NCBI GenBank assembly: GCA_964035545.1
Contig: OZ037768.1
Span: forward strand, 23,407,319 to 23,471,318
Source: Bugula neritina
Lineage: Eukaryota; Animalia; Bryozoa
Direction: 5' to 3'
Length of the DNA stretch: 64,000 nucleotides
The notes beneath the pieces were generated by a model that was not told the DNA's origin, did not search any database, and was given only the letters and a program-made list of their open reading frames with translations. Position 1 is the first letter of the stretch. Every line of letters begins with the position of its first letter. Below are positions 41,701 through 54,800 of the stretch, piece by piece. The position numbers and the translations under genes are program-made.

Positions 41701-43683
41701 ATGGAATTTGGAAAAAACCAACATGAAATCCAGAAATAAAATCAAAATGTCTTCAAGAAACAGTACCAGGTGTGTAGGAGAGGCTAATGAAAATTTATCA
41801 CTGAGGTCTACAGCTACTATATCCACATTTTGGTCAAAAACCTAGCATTATTGCATGTTAATTATCAATGCAATAAGGTTTTGCAAACTGTACACCACCA
41901 TAAGTAACCTTTTATGTTTGATTGTACTAATGTCTGGCTTTACATTTAATCATCTTCTAGGTTAACACATATTAAACCTGTCAAATTTGTTCTTTTGGGG
42001 TATATTTCCTTGCTGTATCTAGTGGAAGTTCAGGGGTTTTATTTTAAAACCAAGTTAACATAATTTTCTTGGGTGTGCTTTATTGTGTGTAAGGAGGTGT
42101 GGCGGTATCACCTTATGGATTAGACTAGTACTCTAATAAACTCCAAATAGGTTTTCAACCAATTTCTGCTTGCCAATGAGTTATCAACTCAAATTGCTCT
42201 TTATAATTAACCAACACATAATTTCTGATTAGCAATCTTTCTCTGTTCTGATCTATTATTCTTTTTCTGTGCACGGCAGTCTATTAGTTATTTAAAGTAA
42301 TCAGGTTGCATTTGGAGAGCACTTGTTACCTGTCTCTATTCTTCCATCTTTTTGAGATATTCAGCAATTTTTCTGTACAGGTTGGACTTAGTGTCAAAAT
42401 AAACCTAACTGCAGTTGAGTAAGACTACATTAAATTACATTACAGTCAACAGGTATAGGACAAGACTGAATATTTATATAGTTTGCAGCAATCAATGCCC
42501 AGTCGTCATGTAGCTGGTATGGTATGAAAATAATAGCGAGGTGCACATTTCAACACAGATTTTTTTCAGAAGAATTATAATTCTCAATGGCTTTAAATTG
42601 CATAAATTTGCATCAGAAGTGCTCTGAGGGCTTCGGTGGCCGGGGCGCTGCCCCGGACCCCGCCGGGGGCCTAGGCGGCCCCCTGGACCCCCGGCCTGAG
42701 AGTATGGCCAAGAATATTTTTACCACTACATCCCTGTTTATAAGTGTAATAAATGGTTTCTACATTTATTTGTGATGAACATAAAAAGTTATAGTTCAAC
42801 ACTAAGAATATTATGGTAATATTTCCATTTCAATAATTATTTCAGTTTATTGTTTTATTTTCTCTTTGATAAACAGTTATGTAACCAATAATTTAGTTAA
42901 CTTCTATCTATCTGGTTACATAACCATAAAAACTAATACAATCAAACTGAGATCACCAATACAGCTATTAAATATTGCAAGTCATTCTGTGCTATTGTAC
43001 CAATTACATCCCCTGATATACACAATAGAGCTATTATAGCACTATTGAATAAGAAAATTAAAACATTCATGCAACTAGAAATAATATGGATACATACAGC
43101 CCTATGAACTGGAAAATCCTGTGCAATGAGGCAGATTTATAAAACTTCTGCAACTTTAGCATCTATTTTGCATGGAGAAGTGTTTAGAATTTCTGATGTG
43201 TGCAAAAAACTGGCTTTTTCTGAATGCCAGTGAAGAGTCGTATACATTTGCTTAAACATAAATTTAGTTTACAACAAGCATTTCAAAGTGTCCAAAAATT
43301 ACATGCTGCATTATAACTACACTACTTTGAATCTTGAAAAAATATGGTTATACAATTCTAAACACCATCAGTTATATTAGTAATACATTAAAACTATATT
43401 AATGATAATGAGGCAATAAAAATAACTTCATAAGTTAATTAATCATTAGAACCTAGTAAAGCAGCAGAGATTAGCTTAGCCAGAAAATATACTATACTTC
43501 AAAATCAGAGTCTTCATCATCTAGAGACGGGAGATTTTGCTCAATTTCTTTAAGCATAGCATCAAACTTTGGCTTCATAGTAGAGTTGCCTCTAAAGAAA
43601 GTTGGAACAGCTGGTTCAGCCATTTCTTCATCTTCCTCTACTTCTTCAGCCAAATTATCACTATCAACTGAGTTGTCTGCCAT
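20710..43683 (-). CDS. DNAAF8: Dynein axonemal assembly factor 8 (C16orf71/Daap1)-like protein, long form with NDK-like C-terminal repeats (~1730 aa, ~34 exons)
   Basis: Phase-consistent exons: 43683-43498, 40845-40704, 40363-40102, 39343-39105, 38887-38774, 36526-36415, 35816-35692, 35348-35189, 34469-34317, 33887-33750, 33181-33065, 32922-32799, 32343-32217, 32026-31806, 31403-31251, 30988-30863, 30118-29965, 29546-29385, 29107-28936, 28519-28344, 27713-27624, 27090-26956, 26291-26197, 25812-25677, 25308-25178, 24796-24665, 24449-24274 (GC donor), 23979-23697, 23288-23093, 22785-22615, 22452-22326, 21953-21777, 21333-21261, 20817-20710. N-terminal FDAMLKEIEQNLPSLD...EIEIFQR and TVFIDLR resemble recalled C16orf71 motifs; TLLVVKP...RENAV..LVGP.DPE.A...P.SWRARYG is NDK-fold. 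A few boundaries have alternative sites. Confidence 0.8.
21986..22295. repeat. 21-bp intronic minisatellite (~14 copies) with palindromic core
   Basis: Unit ACAGTAYGTTACTGTATATTG (ACAGTA/TACTGT self-complementary); fills most of intron 21954-22325. Confidence 0.95.
26617..26746 (-). mobile_element. tRNA-derived SINE family copy (reverse orientation)
   Basis: Reverse complement contains GCAGCCG..TTAGAG..GTCATGGGTTCAAAACC and TTGGTGATGTTAGGAAGAGCATCCAGTCATAGCTGCTCCTGTGCC, shared with the copies at 51030, 55297 and 61119. Confidence 0.8.
27105..27345. repeat. Palindromic tandem/inverted repeat array
   Basis: Modules AGTCATACTYRA.TGCA..TGAGYATGACT occur in both orientations immediately next to the acceptor at 27091. 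Confidence 0.8.
27880..28232. repeat. 44-bp intronic minisatellite (~8 copies)
   Basis: Unit TCTGTATCTACTGTGTATACACTATGTCTATTGTCTATCTAAGA with variants. Confidence 0.9.
28750..28928. repeat. (ACTC)n degenerate tetranucleotide repeat
   Basis: Directly visible next to the donor at 28935. Confidence 0.8.
29567..29683. repeat. 21-bp tandem repeat (~5.5 copies)
   Basis: Unit CCTGGTGTYAGCAKCATACYA; intronic, next to the acceptor at 29547. Confidence 0.9.
30179..30456. mobile_element. MITE-like element with ~60-bp imperfect terminal inverted repeats
   Basis: GGAGTTGTGCCTCTTTAGTGGG..TACAC (30212-30240) is inverted relative to GTGTACCCACTAAAAGAGCACAACTCC (30398-30424); similarity extends outwards to TTTCCA/TGGAAA. 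No TSD established. Confidence 0.65.
32470..32560 (+). mobile_element. Degenerate/truncated SINE family copy
   Basis: GAAGTCAGTGATTCGAATCCC (B-box-like) followed by ATTGGTGATGTTAGGAAGGGCATGCAGTCA. Confidence 0.65.
34773..34881. repeat. 25-bp tandem repeat (~4 copies)
   Basis: Unit TAGTAGTATAATTACTAGTACTAGG. Confidence 0.9.
35446..35614. repeat. 20-bp intronic minisatellite (~8 copies)
   Basis: Unit CTTACCATACAATAGCAGGC. Confidence 0.9.
40920..42736. mobile_element. Non-autonomous hAT DNA transposon, 1817 bp, in a DNAAF8 intron
   Basis: Perfect 16-bp TIRs CAGGGATGTAGTGGTA (40920-40935) / TACCACTACATCCCTG (42721-42736); perfect 8-bp TSD TTTATAAG (40912-40919, 42737-42744); CCATACG/CGTATGG subterminal repeats; GC-rich hairpin block 42628-42697; no transposase ORF. 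Confidence 0.92.
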
Positions 43684-44469
43684 CTGCAAACAAGCAAAAT
43701 ATAAAAAATATTTAAAACCGTTTATATACAATGCTTCATAGAATAAATTTTATTTCACAAGTTTCACAATTATCAATAACCATTTATTGTGTAAAGCATT
43801 GCTGTAGTAAAAGCACAAAATTTTGAGTTGTATAATCAAATTAATACTTATTCACATTACAAGTATCAAATATTTGTTTATTGCTAGACAGAGCAAAGAC
43901 TTAGTCCTTATTTTATTTCTTATCTCTGATTTCATCTGCTATCTCTTTATACACAAATTGAACTCAACGACTAATAGTAAAAGACTGCTAAGCCTAATGT
44001 TTGATGATGTTACAAAGATAACAGGTTCAATCATAATCCTAGAGTTATAATGAATTTTGTCAGACTTTCACTTTCAATATTATTATAACAATGAATATGA
44101 ATGCCAACAACACACTCGACAATATTAATGCTTGCAGTGATTGTGATAACGCTTGAATCGTTGTCACAATCAGTATCACTATCAGTATCACTGCAGGCAT
44201 CAAGTTCAACAAAAACAGCATTAAAACCTACTATCATACATAATATTATGTTTGAGACAATCAAATTGTAATTATGGTAATTGATTATCAATTTATAATG
44301 ATGATAATCATCAAATTCAACATATTCATAATCAAATTCATATTGATATTCATACTCATAATCATATTCATATTGGTTCAACTTTTATATATTTATTTTA
44401 TATTGATAAACATCATCACAAAAATGTTTAAGTCAAATAGTATTAAAAAACAACAAATATCGTATGACT

Positions 44470-44668
44470 TGCGTTCATTTTTACTGTAAAAAGTGCAAAC
44501 TTTGAGTGATGCGATTGTGACTAGCAAGCGTGATTGTAGAACAGTTACAAAATAAAAGCGTCCTTAGTGAACGCTGCCATCTTATAATTTATATAGTAGA
44601 TCGATTTTTACTCGTAGAACGCGACTGCTCTCAGCCAATTAACAATCAGATAATATACATAATCCAAC
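44470..44668. promoter_or_regulatory. Putative bidirectional promoter DNAAF8 / PSMA2
   Basis: Head-to-head starts about 1 kb apart; the DNAAF8 ATG exon is preceded by an acceptor so a 5' non-coding exon must lie upstream; YY1-like GCCATCTT (44576-44583), CCAAT (44635) and locally raised CpG. Confidence 0.5.
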
Positions 44669-47416
<2,748 letters not shown>

Positions 47417-47605
47417 TATTTATAAGACATGTACAAATATGGCTAATAGTTGCCATTCTGACAGCCATGTTTCCTCATACCAACATAACTGTCAACCAAG
47501 TAATGGTAACTGTTTAACATGGAGATGTTTATAAAATAACAAACCTAATAATTATTTCTAGTTGATTGTATTGTACTCCTTTGTTATAAATAAACATCTT
47601 ATCAA

Positions 47606-47914
47606 ATCACCTACTGTCACATGTCACCCACTGTCACATGTCACTCACTTGTTACATGTGACCTACTGTTACATGTCACTCACTTGTTACATGTCAATCA
47701 CTGTTACATGTCATCCACTGTTACAAGTAACCCACTGTTACATGTCACTCACTTGTTACTTGTCACCCACTTGTTTGTTGCATGTCACTAACTTACTACA
47801 TGTCACTCACTGTTACATGTCGTTCACTTGTTACACGTCACTCACTTGTTACACGTCACTCACTTGTTACACGTCACTCACTTGTTACACGTCACTCACT
47901 TATTACATGTCACT
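47606..47914. repeat. 18-bp minisatellite between the convergent PSMA2 and ADAD 3' ends
   Basis: Unit GTCACTCACTTGTTACAY with variants, starting just after PSMA2 AATAAA (47589). Confidence 0.9.
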
Positions 47915-48835
47915 TTGACAATGATAATATCAGCTGTAAAATTGCTAAAAACTTTATTGCGCACATAAATCAAGCAAAACAACTTTAACAAACACCAAAC
48001 AGTAAAAAAGTGGACTAAATAAATTCTGAGCTTATAGTCTCAATGTGAGGAGTTCGCTTACCATTTACATTTAATGCTGTAATCATAGCAAGCAACATAT
48101 AATGTGACATTGCTGAATAAGAAAACACCTATTAGGAAGAAGGTTGTGTACAGATGAACACATTAGACATAAGTAACCATAGAACAGCAATTAGCAGAGA
48201 GCTAGTCCCAGTGCGTTTACTTAAACCAAAGTTCAGTTGATTAAACAAACAGAAAAATAAAAAGTTTCAAGACTAGAAAACAAAGTTGACATGAAATATA
48301 ATACAAGTCAGAGTTGAACTTCTGCAGCTCTAAAACATTTGATTATGTTGGCAAATGAGTAATCAGCAGGAATAGTGTATTACATTACGTGTAATATATA
48401 CCACAAATTAATATAATATACAATATTATATCATTTCATGCTACTTTACTCAATTGTATATTTTACTTTTTTCTAAAAGAACAATAAAAATAAATTAAAA
48501 AGAACTTTTTTAAAGGCAGGCAGGAAAACTGATTAAGGTCTCTATTCTGTAGACATACTTGTTTACATGTAGATGTCATTGCTGACATTCATGCCTACAT
48601 GTAAATATTGTTGGCAGATGTTCATGTCTGCATGCAGAGGTCATTGGCAGACGATCATGCAGATCAATTAATGAGTCACGATGAGTCATGAGACAAGTTG
48701 AAGAAGGACCTTTCTTAAACCTCAACATTTGAGATGGTAAACATATGCCGTGAGTTAATATTTTCCTGCTCTTATATTATCAGGAAATGACTTCATAAAC
48801 TTAGCACATGTTTTGAGTGTAGATATATAGTCGGT

Positions 48836-51800
48836 TTACTTCTTAAAAAGCCCTTGTTCAACTGGTTTTGTTACCCAGTGCCCATAACCTCTCTCCTTTA
48901 TTAAGTCACGGAAAGTTTTCTTCGCCTCTTCATACTTGTCATTTAATTTCTTAGCTTCTAAGTAGTTGCCCGCCCCAAAGAGATGCTGTTTACCGGATAT
49001 CTTACTCAACTCCCGATACCGGTGCAGGAACCCGGCTTTACACAGTCGACTTGCTCCTGATTCGCCCGTCCTGAACGGTGACCTACAAATGGACAATGTG
49101 AGACTTAAATGAAGGAGAAATGTACTCGTTATATAACCTGGCAAAAATTGCTCAACATTGACATTGACCTGCAATATTAGCTATTGCTGAAATGGAAGCT
49201 CAATATCTACTAATAGAAAAGCAACTCTATGTGTAGATAACATAAAAAAGCTACAATTATGTGTTATCAGCTCCCATATGTTGTCCTCGTAGGAGTTGTG
49301 TTCTATTTTTACAAATATACAAACACCATGATCTCTTCAGCATTAGCAGCTTTAATAAATATTACCAGTAGTGACATATATGTAACTACTTGCAATTGAA
49401 AATTAAAATAAACCTGCAAAGTTTAATTAATTTTGCTACTGTTAATTAAATATTTGTTTTATCAAATCTGAAAAGCAAATTTTTAAAGACATGTTTGTTC
49501 GAAAGCTTCTTGTTAATTTCATTTTTTAAAGAACCTTAATTGTGTAGAATCTTAAGGATATATAAAACAGATATAAACAGATCATTTCCAAATAAACATG
49601 TAGAATGTAGAGGATAATTACGTTTCAATACTTTTCCCAGTCCTGCCATCACATATCTCAATCTTGTCATGATCCAATGACCAGTTCACACTACAACATA
49701 GCACAGTTTGTATAATTGAATTGAACTTTGACAGATTATATTATTTACAGTTCTAGCTATCTCAACATAATTGTAAATATTACTTAGCAACAGCCTTAAT
49801 ACATAACACTCGGGAGGGGTGGGGGTGTGTTCCCTTCCCTAATGATCAGTATACCATCAGCAAGATTCGACTATCAATATAACTACAGGTGAAATTGTAT
49901 TTACAGTTACACTACGTGATAGTCTGCAGTACGTGATAGTCTGCAGTACGTGATAGTCTGCACTACGTGATAGTCTGTATTACGTGATAGTCTGCAGTAC
50001 GTGATAGTCTGCACTACGTGATAGTCTGCAGTACGTGATAGTCTGCAGTACGTGATAGTCTGTAGTACGTGATAGTCTGCAGTACGTGATAGTCTGTAGT
50101 ACGTGATAGTCTGTAGTACGTACCAGACTGAGTACTTACCATAGAGTGTTGGTTTTCTCACAGCCCCGAGGCGCGTCATACAGTGTAACTCTGCCTAGAT
50201 AAGGGTGGTTCAGCATGTACCCCTCCGGCAGCAGGGTGTTCACAACTTCAGGCATGCGGCAGCATACAGCTCGAGACAAATGGCCGTGATCAAACAGATT
50301 GCCTTAAAATAGAACAGACAGTCTTAAAATTATCTTGAAATATTATTAAAGCAATGAGCCAGCCGACGTCATGAAAATCTTAACCAGAGAGATAAATATT
50401 ATGCAGGAAAAATGGAACACACTGTGTCAATATTTCCTTACTAGCAGATGCCTGCATAGCAAAATATTGTAGCAGGGGAGTACAATACTCACACTCACAA
50501 ATCAGTTATAAAAACAGACCTCAATTGATACTCGCATCTTTCTAATTAATATATATAACCATGTATACTACAGCCAATTACATATCTTGACTCATCTACT
50601 TAGAGTTATCTACTCACGTTGACATCTGAGCTAATCATAGTATTACAGTGACAGTACAAAGAGTTGCCCTCTCCTATCACTGCTGGAGTAGAATACAAGT
50701 GTGAACCTACCGAGAGTAACCGAAGTGATGTACACGGGTTCTATGAAGTGAGACAGCAGGCAGCCCTGAACACCCAGCACATTCCACCTCAGTATCTTGT
50801 CACTGCAAGACATGGTCCTCAGTCTTTTCCCTTGAATAATACCGTCCCACGTCTGAACATATTCCTGGTTCTTCTCTAGTGGAATAGTTCCTTCACCTGT
50901 GAGTAATGTAATACATATACTAGAATACGTATGCTACAATACATATACTAGAATACGTATGCTACAATACATATACTATGACACATATACTATAATAAAT
51001 ATATTATAACATACATACAGTATAATACAGTAGTCAGGGTCTAGGGGTCAGAGCTTTAGCTTAGTAATCACGGAGTCAAGGTTCTAACCCCGACAAAGGT
51101 CATTGGTGATGTTAGGAAGAGCATCCAGTCATAATTGCTCCTATGCCTCATCTGAATAAGTCCTTGGCCAAACTTAAAAACACCCTTTCCATCAGAGATC
51201 CCCAAAGAGATGGTGACTATAAACTTGTGTGACCGTTTCGCGAGTTTATAATACGAGTACATTAAGCTATATATATATATATAACTCACCAGTCTCTATC
51301 TTAGTGCGGAGATTGCCGTGAGCGTCACTCGTAAACGTCGGCAGATGAACTCCATTCTCGATTCTCTCCACTCCTTCCTCCCCCAGCAGCACCAACTCTC
51401 TACAGAAAGTCATGTGACTGTGAAGTGAATCATGTGATTTATGAATGCACGGCACAGAATACAACATTTGACAGAGAGAGAGAGAGAGAAAGACAGGGTA
51501 AAACTCCAAGGTAGGACTTGAGAAAATAAATAGAGTTTGAAAACAGGAAATAAACAAATCATTGCAAAGAATTTGACAAGTTTAAAAACTCGTTTGTAAG
51601 TAAAACTGCAAGAACCATTTTTATTACGTAATCTTCTAGTTTGGAAAAATAAAACTTAAAACGGCAAAGTTTTACAGTGACCTTCGAAGCAATTTTCATA
51701 AGTTGAATTTTTTTGATTTTTCAACAAAAAACTGCTTTTAATAAGAATTCTCCTCTTGATATTACAGTGTCTCAATGTAGCAAAAGGGCCAAACTATTAT

Positions 51801-54800
51801 ATAGCTAGTTCTATTCACACCCACACTATTGTAGATTATTAATAGTCTCGCAGTTTAATAGCTACACCATGAGCTCTACACAAACTATTAATATACTAGT
51901 ATACCTGTCTAATATTAACACCCGTGAGCTCTACACAAACTATTAATATACTATTATACCTGTCGCTAACAAAAGGGGAATATCCCTCATCTTCTGTGAT
52001 ATATTCGTGAAGTTCACTGAAATAGAATAGTGAACTGGCATGTAACGCAAACTTTAACAGGAAACACAAAACAGGAAACAGTTAACTGCGACAGAGTAAA
52101 AGCAGAGCAGAGCTAAATACAGAGACGTATTGCAAGTATGGTGGTGTTATAAAGTTTAACGGGCATGCACAATGTGGACAGACAGATGACCTTACACTGA
52201 CCTTGGGCTGAAGAGTGCTCCGTCTCCACAGGGTGCTGTGCTAATATAATGGTGGATAGAGATGTCGGGGTGGAGGGAGAGAAGACCAGGGGTGCAAGGG
52301 GACTCAACAAATATAGACGCATTTCCTTGATAGAAGTTCTTAGCCTCACTGTAGAAATACCTGACAACAAGCACAGCGGGTGGGGTACACATTTAGTCCA
52401 ATGCCCCACTAAGATATGCAGCAAAAACTACTACACAATATTGTAGTGGAATTATCAAAGTTTTCACTTTGTACTATTCCTCCAACTTTCGCAGACAAGC
52501 TGTGACTACAGCAGTCATACCTCTTAAATACAGCCACTTGGCGAAACCCTGTGCTACTTCACAGGTTTATGAAATATTTTCCTTTTTTTAATAATATTTG
52601 ACGCAATTAGTTGCATCGTGTTATTTCACGATTGCCACAAAATATTGTTAGTTTTAAAGTTTCATGTTATCCTAACATATATGAGTATTAGTTTTGCATA
52701 TTAGTGACTTGTTTATTGGTTTGTCATTGCTTGTAGATTTGACAGTGTAAAGTTCTAGTGATGTCTAAGATCAGTTGTAAGCCAAGATTAAATGTAAATA
52801 AAAATAACACGGCTAAACACCAACTCCGTTCCCTATAAGTATAAAAGACCGATTGTGTTGGTAAATAAGGCGTTGAGATTCCAACTGATCAGATTCCCGA
52901 AAAGCTGACAGTCATTTTGAGTTTCAGTCAAATGAAAAAGTGTTATGCATATACATTACACTACAAAATGGTGTCCATAAACATATGGAAAAGTAATAGT
53001 TCAAAGTGCTGCATGGAAATGGTCACCTAGTAATAGTCAGAACTCACTTGACCAAAGCTCTGCGGGCAATAACTTCAGCATGACTATCATTTATCACACG
53101 GCCATCCATACTCAGCCCGTCTCCATTGATACACGTATTGCCAGTTCCTAAGGCTACGACCTCGCCTAGTTCTTCGTCTACAGTCACATTACAAGGTCAT
53201 TACACAACATATGTGTAATATAATATATAACATACACATAATACGGTATAGAGTGCATAATATAACATCTATGTAATAAATATATAGTACTAGAATATGC
53301 ATGTAATATAATATATAGTATACAATATAATATCACATGCAATATAGATATCACAAAACAATCATGCAGTATTCAGACTGATTTCAACATTTGCTGACCT
53401 TTCTGAAGGACAAATGCGGACATGACCTTACGACCCGCAAGGTACTCTGGGACACCCTGCAGGAGCTTGTAGAGTTTGTGGTGAGCACACGACGCTACTT
53501 TGTCAAAGTGGGTCGCTTCTTCCTCGGGCATCTGCGGCTACAAGTATAGAGTAAGCAGTCTCAGTGCATGTGTACCGAGTGGAGTAGGACAACCTGAGGG
53601 TATATAATGAGGGTACTAGAGGGTATATAATGAGGGTACTAGAGGGTATATAATGAGGGTACTAGAGGGTATATAATGAGGGTACTAGAGGGTATATAAT
53701 GAGGGTACTAGAGGGTATATAATGAGGGTACTAGAGGGTATATAATGAGGGTACTAGAGGGTATATAATGAGGGTATTAGAGGGTATATAATGAGGGTAC
53801 TAGAGGGTATATAATGAGGGTATTAGAGGGTATATAATGAGGGTATTAGAGGGTATATAATGAGGGTACTAGAGGGTATATAATGAGGGTACTAGAGGGT
53901 TTTGTAGTCGCTAAAGGTCTCCACAATCTATAAATCACTTAACAACTTATACAAGAGTTGAATGTACTAATATTAAGTAAAGCAAAAAATAAATCACTAC
54001 AAGTTACTTTTATTATAAGAATGACATTACTAATCACCACCTCTTAATCTATGTTTCATAGGGACACTCTGCCCTCCCCCCCCCCCCCAGTTCACTAAGG
54101 CTACTAGAAACTGCTTTATATAACAAACAGCAGCTAACAGAGTAGAATAAAGTGGATAATTCAGAACTTACAGCGTCGAGTTGCATGAGAAACTGGACAG
54201 CGTTATCCGCTGCCAACCTCTTGGCCTCTTTCTTAGTCTTGCCGGGTGCCTGTGCTATGGGCTGCTCTTCATTGTTCACACAGATAGAAGCTATGAATCT
54301 GCAGGAGAGAATAACTCTTGATAGTATTAAATAGATGAGTCACAGCTCTGTGTTGGGAAAACCCGTCTATTAGACATGATATTCAGGTGGAAAACCCGTC
54401 TACTAGACTTTATGTTGAGCAGTTGCCTACCCGTCAGGTCCCGCCACGTCGCTGGCTGATATGGTGAACGGCATTCTCTTCTTCTGACAGAATTCTTGAA
54501 GCACTGAGATGGGGTTTCGAGTTAGAGCACCGGCAGCGGTCAGCACCTACAGTATTAAAGTCAGCGTAAAGTCAACATCTGAAGTGGTAGTCAGTGCACA
54601 GTCAACACCTGCAGTATCAGCATACAGTCAACACCTGAAATTGACACACCTTGTTGTTGGACTCTTCACGGTCCATAGTTGTGACGACTTTGACACCAGA
54701 ATCAGAGTTGTCAGAATTCAACACAATCTTCCGACCCAAAGCGTCGTAGAGGACTTTTGATGCGTCTGAAAACAGCAGGAGGGTGCAACTAACAACATGA

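Noticed and set aside
42587-42775. GC-rich short ORF / CpG island
   Set aside because: It is the subterminal GC-rich hairpin block of the hAT element.
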